Shown in pieces: positions 35,811 to 47,600 of a stretch of 64,000 nucleotides of DNA. Source of the DNA: Ramazzottius varieornatus (lineage: Eukaryota; Animalia; Tardigrada); assembly GCA_001949185.1 (NCBI GenBank), contig BDGG01000002.1, positions 4,640,448 through 4,704,447 of the forward strand, read 5' to 3'. The stretch's first letter is position 1; every line of letters starts with the position of its first letter. The notes below the pieces were generated by a model. The model had not been told where the DNA came from, did no database searches, and saw only the letters and a program-made list of their open reading frames with translations. Position numbers and translations under genes: made by a program.

Positions 35811-38800
35811 TCCCTTATGATGATACGACTGTCAGGTTCAGGCTTCAGTCACACGCAATCGTGGAACCCATCGCAGTATCACGGAGAACATGAAAACAAA
35901 TATCCGGCGAGTTTTTCATAAGCTCGCTCCTTTGGAAATGCTATGGGAATTCTTCAGGGTCGCACAAGCATGAGAAATTTGCATAAACTATAAAAATATC
36001 GTCCAAACGAAGTCGAATGTGGATGGTTTTCATTCAGACAGCAACGTTGGCTATTTAGCATCAGTTTCTTCCATCAGTCCCCAGAGAAATGATTCTTGGT
36101 CCCAAGTGAGTCCCAAAGTTACCTACAGTATACGTATACAGACATTAGAAAACATGACTGACGTGACGTGAGTTTTTGCTCCACGTTATTATATTAATGA
36201 ATTAAGACTGTCAAAAGAGTCACAAACTATGTAGAAAAACCTAATTTAAGCAGATGCTTTCACCTGTCACACGAGCAACATTCTTTCCATCACCATGCAT
36301 TTACGTCGAGTGCCCCGGATATGTTGAGGACGCGAAGGTGCTCTTGGATAGCTCCTAATCAGAGGCGTGCAGGTGAATAAGCCGCCGCTCTAGGAGAGCA
36401 AAAACTCCCGCCGCATTACACCATAACAGGAAATGAGGCGAATTTCTCGCCGGAAATTCTCATGAAAACATTCAAAATGTCGGCTAATAGGATTTTCAGC
36501 ACTGTATGCAAAGAGGTATAAGGAATCAGGAAAGAATGCAGTGTTGGCCAGAGAACACACAATGAAACTACTGAAGAATTTCAACGTCCTTTTCCCCCGC
36601 TGTGATTGCCAGGAAGCTATAGTCCTAAAGCAGGGTTCCCGGGGAATATGTCAAGCAGGATCCCGGAAGTCCATAAGAAACTGTTTGGTTAATTACCGGC
36701 GGGTGGAAACTTAAAAACATCCAAACAACAATTTGACGAAAAACAACCACGCCCAAAACCAGTCTCGTCAATTCAAATTTGACTGCAGTAAATAGAAAGT
36801 TATGTAAGCGATGAGATTATCACAATTTCCTTTAGAATAATGAGCGTGAGCACAAGTTACTTTGGGTACAAGACGCCTGCAGCAGAGATGGAGGACTGCA
36901 TGCCTAGAGATGTTTCAGATTGATCACCACTCAAAAGTTTTCTGGGCTGTTATGGCCTTGTCGGCGTTGCGTGCGTACCCTGTGATGATGGACGCGGATG
37001 CTGGGATTGCCATAACGTTGTGTTGAGCTGTCACAAAGTACTATATGTCGAAGAGTCGACGGCAGTTCCCCTTGTATTGTAACTAACATCCGGAGTGGCG
37101 CCAGAGGTTAGTGTGTTTTTCATGGGCGTTACCGACCATCCCCAGATCCCTTAGCTGGAAAAATTGCATGCCATCCAGCAGGTTGCAATCCTTACTGGTA
37201 AGCGCATGGAGAAAAAGTGTTCTAAATAGCTAAGCCTCCAGCTCATTTCCCACTTTGCCTGTCGCAACTCAGTGCGAACGGAAGCGGAATCGCCCCATCA
37301 CCCGAAACGTATACCTCCAATGCCGGATATGTTTGGTAGCCTGCTGCCTGAAGTGGTCCTTCAGATAGCTCCTAGACAAAATAATGACATAAGGCAAAAG
37401 GTGTCAGAAAGTACTCAAGAGCCACCTCTCAGACGACTCTTTTCCATCACCCCAACTTCCGTTACTGGTCCTTTCGCATGAAACTTCAAGTAATTACGCC
37501 CGAGTGGAAGTGGGCGATTCTTTGGATCGAAGTTCTCCTCAGTACTATCTCACCTGTCGGGGTTCCAGTGTGTCGTGATATGTATAAAAAGGAAGTACCT
37601 TCGCATGTTCTTTTGGAAAAGAGGCAAAGCATAGTGGGTGAGCGACAAGCGGGAGCCTAGTCTGTATTGTTTGCAACACATATCTGACAAGCCTATCGAC
37701 CTTCGTAAGCTGGCAAAGCTTCGATTTGCAAAGTGATTTTCTTTCGGCAAATAAAAGTGGAAGACAAGGAAGAGTAATCCATCCGCCATGGCGAACACTA
37801 CCAGAGGGCTCCTCATTTTCGAAGCCGCTTCCGTCCTAATCAAGTCAGATTGACCAAATCGATTTCTGATTGACAGTTACGGAACAGAAGCCAACTTTGT
37901 AATGAGTGGTTAGCGACTGCTGCCAGTACAGTAAATGCCTGCTTTACTGTGACGGTTGCGGCAATGAAAACTTTCAGGTCCTTTTAAAACAACCGGCCAC
38001 CAGATATCGTGCATGGCGAACATTCAATCATCAAACTATCTCCTGATGGACTTATCGGCTCGTTCCCTCTTCGAAGACCACCTGGAACTCCGAACTCTTG
38101 AAGCCCCATCGCGCTCAAGCCGCCCGTCGGCCTTAAAAGTGGAGGGTCCCTGCCGTCGTCGTTCATCCCAAGTTCTCCGCCATGCTTGCGCGCGCCACTC
38201 AGCATCAGTCATCACGCACTGCGAGGAAGACAGAGTAAGAAAAGAGCAGCTTTCCAATACGAATAGTTAGCTGGCCACAGTTGCTGTTTTCTTACCTTCT
38301 CGATCGCCGGCGGTGCCCCGCAAAGTTTCATCTTCGAAATCAGGATCTGTATCGACGGTTCAACCTTCGGCAGTCTCGTCCTTATCAAAATACTAGAGTG
38401 CTACAAAGTACGGCAGCGAGAAAAAATCTGCGCCGAAGGAAACACTGGACAAATTAGAAAATCAACCTGTCTGAAAACCAAAACAATCATTGTGCACTGG
38501 GCAGAAAAAGGGCATACGCCCTCACAAAAATCACCGGCTCTTGTCTGGAAGGTCGTTGGGCCAGGTGGGGTTGACCCGAAAGCGAGCCGGGTTTCTCCTC
38601 GAGTGAGACTGGATGACGTATGTAAGCAAGATCATGCATACGTGATACGTATACGTGTTCCTTCAATTCTTCACAACAACACCTTTGATCCCGTCCCTTT
38701 TTCCAGGTCAGAAGTCTGGACAACGATGCATCTAACGGCGGAATCACTCGGGGAACAGTGCTGAAGAGGAGACGTCGGTGTTCCAGGCTACATCCTGCCG

Positions 38801-38833
38801 ACTCCGGGCTGACAAGATATGCGGGAGTCAAAC

Positions 38834-40890
38834 ATGGATGTCCGATCTTCCTTACTCGTACCGCTACTGCTGATTCTCATCCGGTGCTTCAAAGCGCTAG
38901 CTGACGAACATACGCATACCTACGAACGTGGAGAAGAAGTCGTCCTATGGATGAACACAGTTGGACCATATGCTAACCGTCAAGAGACATATAATTACTT
39001 CTCCCTGCCTTTCTGCCAAGGCAAGAAAGAAGGCATCTCTCATTACCATGAATCGATGGCGGAAGATCTCCAGGGCATCGAGCTAGAATTCAGTGGACTG
39101 GATATCGTCTTTTCCAAGACCCAAACCAAGCTGGAGTACTGTAAGATTGAAAACCTGGACAAGGACAAGCTGGACTCGTTGAAATACGCTATCAAGAACA
39201 ATTACTGGTTTCAGGTATGCTAGGATAACTCGGTTGATTGACGGAAGTTGGTTGGTTGTGTTGTATAATTTACTGTAATTCATAGGCCTATTTGGACGAT
39301 CTGCCCATCTGGGCACCCATCGGTGAATTCGACGAAGCCTCAAACAGCTACTACCTATGGACACATCGCAAGTTGGATATCGCCTACAACGAGAATCGCA
39401 TCGTGGATGTGAACATGACGAACGAAAATAAGGTTAAGCTGGAACCAGGCGTGTCGATACCCTTCACCTATGAAGTCAACTGGAAGAAATCGTCGGCCAA
39501 GTTTGTCGATCGATTCGATAAGTACCTCGACCCGAGCTTCTTCCAGCACAGGATCCACTGGTTCTCCATTTTTAACTCGTTCATGATGGTCATTTTCCTG
39601 GTCGGCTTAGTTTCCATGATTTTGGTGAGGACTCTCAGGAAAGACTACGCTCGATATAGCAAAGAAGAGGATATGGACGACCTGGAAAGAGACCTGGGCG
39701 ACGAATATGGCTGGAAACAGGTTCGAAATATGCCAGAAAATTTAGTTGGAGATTATTTTATTTTATGATATTTTTTAGGTTCACGGCGACGTTTTCCGTC
39801 CACCTTCTCGACCAACCCTCTTCGCCAGTCTTGTGGGCTGTGGTTACCAGTTAGCTTTAGTCACGTTATGCACGATCGCGTTGGCTTTCTTCGGCGACCT
39901 CTACACCGAGCGAAGTTCCCTCTTGGGTGCCGCGATTTTCGTCTACGCAGCCACTTCGCCCGTCAACGGTTACTGTGGCGGTTCGCTGTACGCCAGGTTC
40001 GGTGGAAAGCGTTGGATAAGACAAATGCTGATCGGTTCGTTCTTCTTCCCGACCCTCGTCTGCGGCGTGGCGTTCCTGATGAACTTCATCGCCATCTACT
40101 ACCAAGTGGCACGCGCGATTCCCTTCCTGACCATGTTAGCTGTGGCGGCCATCTGTTTCTTCATCATTCTCCCGCTGAACCTCGTTGGGACCATCCTTGG
40201 ACGGAACCTGGCTGGTCATTCGGACAACCCAACGAGGGTGAATGCGGTGCCGCGACCCATTCCAGAGAAGAAGTGGTACATGGAACCGTACGTCATCGCG
40301 CTGCTGGGAGGGATCCTGCCGTTCGGGTCCATCTTCATCGAGATGTACTTCATCTTCACGTCTTTCTGGGCATACAAGATCTACTACGTCTACGGCTTCA
40401 CACTCCTCGTCTATGTCATCCTGGCCATTGTCACAGTCTGTGTCACCATTGTCTGCGCCTACTTCCTACTGGTCAGTTATTTGAGACCTAGGCGAACAAA
40501 CTCGACAAGATCGTATTTGAAAGTGGCGCACGCTCTCGACCAGTAATCCTGCGAATGTTCGCCACTTTGAAAAATATTTTGTTGAGTTCCACTTCTGTTC
40601 GTAGTCTGTATTTGGAATGCATGGCTTCTTTTCATTTGCAGAATGCGGAAGATTACCGCTGGCAATGGACTTCTTTCCTCTCAGGAGCCTCAACCGCCCT
40701 CTACGTTTTTCTATATTCCTACTACTATTTCGTATTTAAAACGAAAATGTACGGTCTTTTCCAGACAATGTTCTACTTTGGGTACATGGGCGTCCTTAGT
40801 GTTGGCTTGGGTATCGTCTGCGGGACGTTCGGCTACATCGGTACCAACGCTTTTGTCAAAAAGATATATTCTACTGTAAAAATAGATTAG
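38834..40890 (+). CDS. TM9SF3: Transmembrane 9 superfamily member 3. Exons 38834-39214, 39286-39720, 39779-40471, 40642-40890
   Basis: Signal peptide followed by DEHTHTY...[63 protein letters not shown] and C-terminal IYSTVKID. Confidence 0.97.
40483..40590. repeat. Palindromic repeat family A copy (TM9SF3 intron 3)
   Basis: gagacctaggcgaacaaactcgacaagatcgtatttgaaagtggcgcacgc...gaatgttcgccactttgaaaaatattttgttgagtt. Confidence 0.85.
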
Positions 40891-41489
40891 TGTTAGCTTT
40901 TGTTAGCTCGCTCGGTCAATTGTCCGGCTTCTGTTTCTGCACTCTCATACGCGCTGCTTTCTTTCTTGATTCTTACTGTGTTTTGATCGTCAAATGAAAG
41001 TCCCATCCAGGAGCGGAGACGTTGGCCAACACGGTGAAGGATGTGCAGTCGCTTTTGTGGCATTGACCGCCAGACACATTGGCGTTTTCGCATTGTAATA
41101 ATACAACAGTGCAAGCAAAAATGAGAAATCGAGTACAACAGAGCAGCTAACACACATGCAAAGCGATTCCTTCGATTCCGTATACACGTCTCGGAAGTGT
41201 GATTTTATCGATACGTAAGCAAGCATACATTCTCTCTAGAGCTGGATATTTTCTCAAAGCTCAAGTCTGCAGAATTTTCCAGTACCCTTTTGACGAGTGC
41301 AGCTAGGTTTTCTTTTCTTTCAGTAACAGGCGGCTCTCTGTTGGCCGTGTTGGTCCTCGGCATATGTTGCGGAAGTGCTACGAAGAGAGTTCGGAGAGAA
41401 CCCGTAAGGCCGTGTCTTCCTACTGTATTGTTTTCTAAAGAACTTGGAAGCCGCATCTTCAGAGCTACTTAATATTTGTACGCTGTTTA

Positions 41490-44143
41490 GGTGTTCCTAA
41501 TGCACTGGGCATGGGTTCTGCTAATAGCTTTTTTTGTCTGGCCTTGGGAATGCTTCTTCAGGGAAAATGGGAATTGGGGACCGAGGTGATCGTTTTCATG
41601 CAGAAGCTGAACATCCCCATCCGGTACACCAAGCCCCGAGTCAACGCCTTGATGGCCCTGCAACTACAGGTGGAGCGAGACGACATGGCAGCTGCAAGTG
41701 TGCTGGTGGCACAGAGGAAACATCTGAGGGACTGAATGGGCAGAGAGGAGTCCCGGAAACAGCGACGCAGGGAAGCTTGTGCTTTCGAGATAGAAGAGAA
41801 CGAAGCGTTGGACGAGGAAGCAACAGGTTTGGGATCTTGGATTGTTTTCTCGCTTCTACTGTAACTTGTTTTCTGCATGGTCTTACAGTTCCAGCGAACT
41901 AATGATGTCCGTCGTTATCTGCATGCACCTTCTCAGCCGTGTTTTGTCTGACTTTGCTCCGGATTCTCCTAGCAGCTGCAAAGGCGACAGATGCCGATCA
42001 TCCCAACATCTTTCCGATCGGGATACAGACTACCCGAGCTCCCATCTTCGTGATCAGCCGGACCTTGACAGTGACCAGGTTAGTTTACCTGCTTGAAGCT
42101 TGTTCTTTTGAGCAAGCCAGCTTCCTGGATCTTATGCTGGTTCCACCTATGAATAAGCCAGTTATGGTAGTTGATTGCTTCCGGGTTTGATTGCAGGCAT
42201 GTATCCTGGAAGAACGAGACACTGATGCCAGGGTGGGGTGCCGATGCCTTCCTGGAGGACCGTGGTCCTACACATCTTTGCCAGCATGACTCCCTGTTCC
42301 GTTCGAATGATCCTGTGAGCAGACGAGAGGATACTTCGTATTTATCAGGAACAGACCGTGATCCCACTGTCCCCTACTACGCTGAACCTCCGCGCCTTAT
42401 CTACGATGACCAGTCTACTCACCGCAACCGATCGGATGACAATACCAGCTGGAACCCATTCCGCCGAGTGAGTGGCAGTTTTCTTTCATTCCTGAACTAA
42501 CCCCCATCATGGCGCCATGAAGAGCAACTGGCAAGAACGTTCCAACGTTTTCTTTGCAGGGACACGGCCATACCGAACGCGACTACCGACTCATCCCGCT
42601 CACGTTCCTCTCCGTACTCCAGCCGTGACAGTCGACACCCCTACGAAAAAGAAGAGCAACGTCTGAGACTTGGACTCTATCCAGAAGTGAGCGTAGTCCT
42701 TCACACTGTTCAGTTAACTTCTGGGAAGTCGCTCTACAAGTGTTTTGCTACTGCGGTTTCAAGAACGTGTCAGGAAATAAACTGTTAGACCGTGAGTGCC
42801 TGGACTGACAGAACCCTTTTCGTTTACAGAGCTCCAGCAGACGGTACGACACTCGAGACAGTGAAGCCTTTGTGGATACATGCTTCCGTAAGTCACGTTG
42901 TCCTCAACTTCGGGATCTGTCACGACAATCGGGGAAGAGTCGCCACCGTATGTTTTTACTACGTTCACAGATGTTTTACAATTGTAAGTCTGCTCTTTCG
43001 GCGTGCAAAGCACTAGGAATGGAAGCAAACAATTTTGTATTGATGGCTTTAGATCACGATTATCCAACGGACCAATACACAGTGGTGCCGAAAAGATGGA
43101 AATTTTTATGTAAGTTCAAACTTTGCATAAACAAACGATACTGGATTGACTACTATGGCTTTTCCGCGGCTGGTGGATATGAAATGCTCAGTATGTCAAG
43201 AGTGTTGATTACGGGCTGAGGTCGCTGAATCGTAGCGGGAAAGAAAGTAACTGGAGCCGAACGACATACTGCTGGAAATGAATGGCTACAAACTAACAGA
43301 AGTTGGCACTTACTTTTTCTACGCGGTGATGGAGAAACTTTGGTTACAGAACATGCCTCTACAGTTAATAAATCTGCCGGGAGCCTTCCTTAACAATAAC
43401 TATGACCTGATCCAGTTTATTCAGGACAGCGCATTTCCTGTGGGAACTTTCAATGAAGTACTACAACTAAACATTCGCCGAGTGATTTATCAGCAACTCC
43501 ACGCAGTCACGAGCCAGCATCCCTCGGAAGACGAGAAAGATTTAGAATGGTCGGATTCAAACAGGAGGTATTATTTTTTTGACGAGTTGGGGGTCAAAGA
43601 AGACCTTGAAACCATGGATTCTCTCGACAGGGGGGAATATAACGGTAAGTTCGAAGAAATTTTGTTCAGATGAGTAAAGCCACAATTTGAAAATGAAGTC
43701 AAATTCACAACAGACTAATTTCACTGCACTTTTATTTATGCACTGTCAATCAGTCCTGCGGAGCTATTTAGCTCGTTTAGTTCATTTCGCCTTTCTTCTC
43801 GCCTTTCTTCCAGGTTCGTGCGCTGCACAACCCTGTTTTGCGTTTTCGTAGAAAAAAGGCAGATTTAGCTCGCGAGCTAAAACGAGCTAGATAGCTCCGC
43901 AGCCCTGCTGTCAATGATGATTAATTATTACTGCAGGTTTTCTCTATGGAACCATCCTTCCCTCTTCGGATAGACAAACAGTTCAGTTTTGAGCAAGCAA
44001 CCGCTTTTCTGGAACGGCCCTTGCCGAAACGACGACTAAGCTTTAAGAAGGCTATCGGAATGGTACCGGCGGATTCTTCCGAGGAGGTTGCTGACGACGA
44101 CCTCCGAACTCGAGCACCTGTACTGCATACCAGTAATTATTAA
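41490..44143 (+). pseudogene. Decayed multi-exon gene with a MAGI-like PDZ0-guanylate kinase module (paralogue 2), unrelated N-terminus
   Basis: WIDYYGF.../LEPNDILLEMNG...DLIQFIQDSAFPVGTFNEVLQLNIRRVIY...VTSQHPSEDE...GEYNG|FLYGTILP and PLPKRRLSFKKAIGMVPADSSEEV. Has in-frame stops (41733, 43217) and frameshifts; splice sites intact (donor after 43644, acceptor before 43937). Confidence 0.65.
43751..43907. mobile_element. Non-autonomous hAT-type MITE, 157 bp, with 8-bp target-site duplication
   Basis: TIRs cagtcctgcggagctatttagctcgttt / aaacgagctagatagctccgcagccctg, flanked by a perfect CTGTCAAT at 43743-43750 and 43908-43915. Confidence 0.88.
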
Positions 44144-44628
44144 TATCTGGAAAATCAGAAGAATGGAGAGATCTAGGGATGTGCTCAGCAAAGAAACCAA
44201 TCAATCCGAGCGAAGTTCCGAATTGGTCTGGTGATTAACGGTAGTTATTCTCATTATGGTCCTCGGACACCTGGAACGAGCGAACACGCAAGCCGACAGT
44301 TTACAAATAAATGTACGCTCAAATACCCAAGAAGAGCTTGCTGATGCTGTGTATCAGCTTCTTCAAGTAAAAGGTTGAAAGAGGACTCTCAAGTGAGAGT
44401 ATCTTGCGGAAAAACACAAGAGAAAAAATAAATTACAAGTAGAAACAAAAGAGACGCCGTGTTGTGGGTGATCAGCGAGAATAATGCTACCAGCTGCTGC
44501 CAACACAAGACTGCCGTATATTCACAGATAGGACTTTGCCTCTAACAGTATATGAGGAAGAAGCTGAGCGAAAAAAATAGGAGGAAAGGAGGGTTCAATC
44601 CAAACCAGCCCGAAAGCGCAACAATCTA

Positions 44629-47600
44629 CTACTGTACATCGACATCTCTGTCCATGCTCTTGTGCTGTTTCGACATCCTCCTCAACCCGTTAGTTAGCTG
44701 GAAGGGCATTAACGTAACCGTCGCTACGCGTTTGCGGTATAACAGCTTCCGTCTTGTTACCCGCTTCGGGCTTCGGAGACTACTTGAACGACCCACTACA
44801 CCTTCGGATCTTGGCTCGTTGTCATCAGAGTACCCACCCCTGCTCACAGTTAGAAAAGGCTGTGTTGCAGAGACTGCCGCCACACCGTTCGTCAAGTGAG
44901 GACCTTCATGCGAACTATCGTGTAACGGGTTCTGGGAGTTTCGCGCACCGTTCAATGTGAAGAAGTTCCGTAACTCTTCCTGCTGTCGTTTGGCCAAGTC
45001 GTCACGCTCCTTGGCATGCCTGGAAGACAAGAACATCTCCTGATAAGACCTGTTTGACCACTTCTAACAGCAAAGGTCCCTTGCCTTCTGAAGATAGCGT
45101 CCAGTTCGCTCCAGCTGTGTGGATCTTCGTCTCCGTACGAACCCCTTCTTTCGACATCTTTAGTGCTGGTTTGCTGGTCTCTGAGAAGTCTCTCAATGGC
45201 GAAGATGTTGTTAACCTTGTCATTCAGTACCTTTGGGGTACTTAGCAGTTCGCTGCTTGTGCTTTCGTGTGAAGACGTCGAGGAGAATGTGATGCCGGAA
45301 GACGCGCTGAAGTCGGTGACTACACTGCGGTTCTCTTCCGAAGTCACCGAACCGGCTTTCTGCGCCGCACACTCCACCGTCACTGCGTCCTTAATGGTCG
45401 TCACTCCGAACCTGCCTTTCTTAACTTGTGTCGGTACTAAAAGGGTACTTGGTGCCGAGTGATGTGAAGTCGGACTAAGAAGGTGATGCGGAATGGCGGA
45501 AGCAGCTGGAGAGAACATTTCACAGTAATTCTTATGTAAACTTTTGCTCGGAAGATGTGGTAGAAGTTCCTGAAAATGCGTACCGACTACTGGAACGATG
45601 GGTAGACTCGTTGGTGGGACGATGGTCGACGCGACCGATGTTGATGATGATGAAGATGAAACCGACGCGCCTTCTTTGCCATGACCATTCTCTGTATTTG
45701 ATGGTTTGACAGTATTATTAATGGTTTCTGTATTTGGTCTGAGGCTCAAGGGAGCAGTGACTGTAGCCGGCGCAGTGTGGCTCGAGGTTACACTTGAGGG
45801 TGCCCCTTCAGTCGGCGAAGTTTTGTGCTCGTGAGGTGAGTTGACCGGAGATCCGGAATCGTTGGCTCGACTGCCACTTGATGGCTCGGAGTCAACACCA
45901 CTTAGCTCGGCCAATTTGAGGTTTAAACGGTCGAACACGCCGCTTGAAGCACTTTCGGGCTGGTTAGGAAGCTGAATGGCATGTGGAGGCGTCGAGACGT
46001 GGTTCGGCGTGGAGGTAGCGCTGTACGTTGGTGTATCGGGAAGGTCCAAACCTTTGGGCTTCTTGGATGGCATGGTGATGTGCGTTAGCTTCTCATCCAG
46101 CTCCTTCAGAATATCCTGCAGGAAAAAAAAAGAAACGTGTACTTTTTCCGAGTAGGGCATATTACCTGCGTTCGTTCTACTCGATTGATCTTTTTTTCGA
46201 AATAATATTCTTTTGAAATACTTTTTGAAATCTGGGACGAAGGAGATAAACTGACGAAAGTGTTTTCCGAAGAGGCGCACGTCTCCATTGCCCTGGCTGA
46301 AAGTCTGCGCCATTTGGGGGAAAATGGTCTGGTTGGAATAATTTGCCCACGTTCCGATTACTGTACACGCGCTTGACCTAACTGTTGGCTTGGACAGAAC
46401 AGTTGGCAGCCGGCCGAAAGCGGCAATGGCCAGCATAATTTAATGTCCGTTGCCGCTTTCGACCGGCTGCCAACTGTTTTGTCCATGGCCAACAGTTAGG
46501 TCGAGCGCGTGTACTACATTCAGAAATTTACTACGAAGTTTTCATGTGATATTCGTAAATTAGCTTTAGTTAAACATGACCGGTCACGAACCTTGGCGTT
46601 TTTGGACTGGACGTTCTCGGCGGGTTTCTCGATGATTGGCATTGACTCGACCATCTTCTCTGGCACAGGGACTTTGGGTGAAGCCTTATTGACGTCTGAA
46701 GCCGACGGTGCGGCGGCGAAGTTGGGTGGAGCGAGCGACGACGGGAGAGGGGGCGTCACGAGGTCTGTTTTCTTCTTCGTCTTTAACAGCTCACGTTCTT
46801 TCATGATCTCGCTCGTGCGATCCTTGATCTGCTTGGCCACCGCCCGTTGGTCTTCTTCAAGCAGATACCCAGATTTGACCATGTCTTGCGCTACAGCTTC
46901 CGCACTTTCGGCGGCTATGTCGAACTCAAATTGTATGGCTTCGTTCTCTTTGTACTTCAGCTTGGACGCCCTGGCTTCTGGCACTCTGACTCGAAGAAGA
47001 ATCTTCGAGTCGACTGAGTGAATGTCTGTCTCCTTCTTGACGAACTCGACGCGTACGGCGTTGTCCTCGAGGAAAAACTCGAGCGACAGGAGATCTCTGA
47101 CTGTATATCGCTCGGATTTCTGATACCGGATACACCGATCGATAATCTCCTTGATTTCCGCCTCTTCGATCTTCTCGAAGGCGGCTGGCCTAATACCCTG
47201 AAGACGAAATGGAGAATGGAGGATCGAATATCTATCCAAAAAATGTGCAGACGAAATGGAAAAATGATTAAAACATGATCGTCATCCCAAGTGACGCGCA
47301 TCTTCTTTTTTTGGCGCGAAAAGCGCTCCATTCAGAAGAAAACGACCATGTTCATGTCATTTGCCGACGTCCCAAATATGGTGAAAGAGATCTTCTTATA
47401 GTTCAAATTAACACGCCTAGATTTCGATTTTTAGAACAATTAATACTATTGAATTTTATTGCTCACCGCGGTGACTCGTCGGTAAATCTGTCCGGCGTTG
47501 AGGCATTCGTTGTAGGGGTATTCTGAGGTGGCCATTTCCAGCATGCACATTCCAAACGCGTACACGTCGATGCCTTCGTCGTACTGCTCTTCGTACATCT

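Noticed and set aside
39868-40491. 207-aa alternative-frame ORF within TM9SF3 (and antisense ORFs over GATA, WNK, SLC22)
   Set aside because: Explained by codon bias of the real CDS; no independent motifs
46116-46436. N-terminal extension of the 494-aa ORF 44952-46436 as coding
   Set aside because: It is intronic read-through across two repeat elements; the exon starts at the acceptor near 46115
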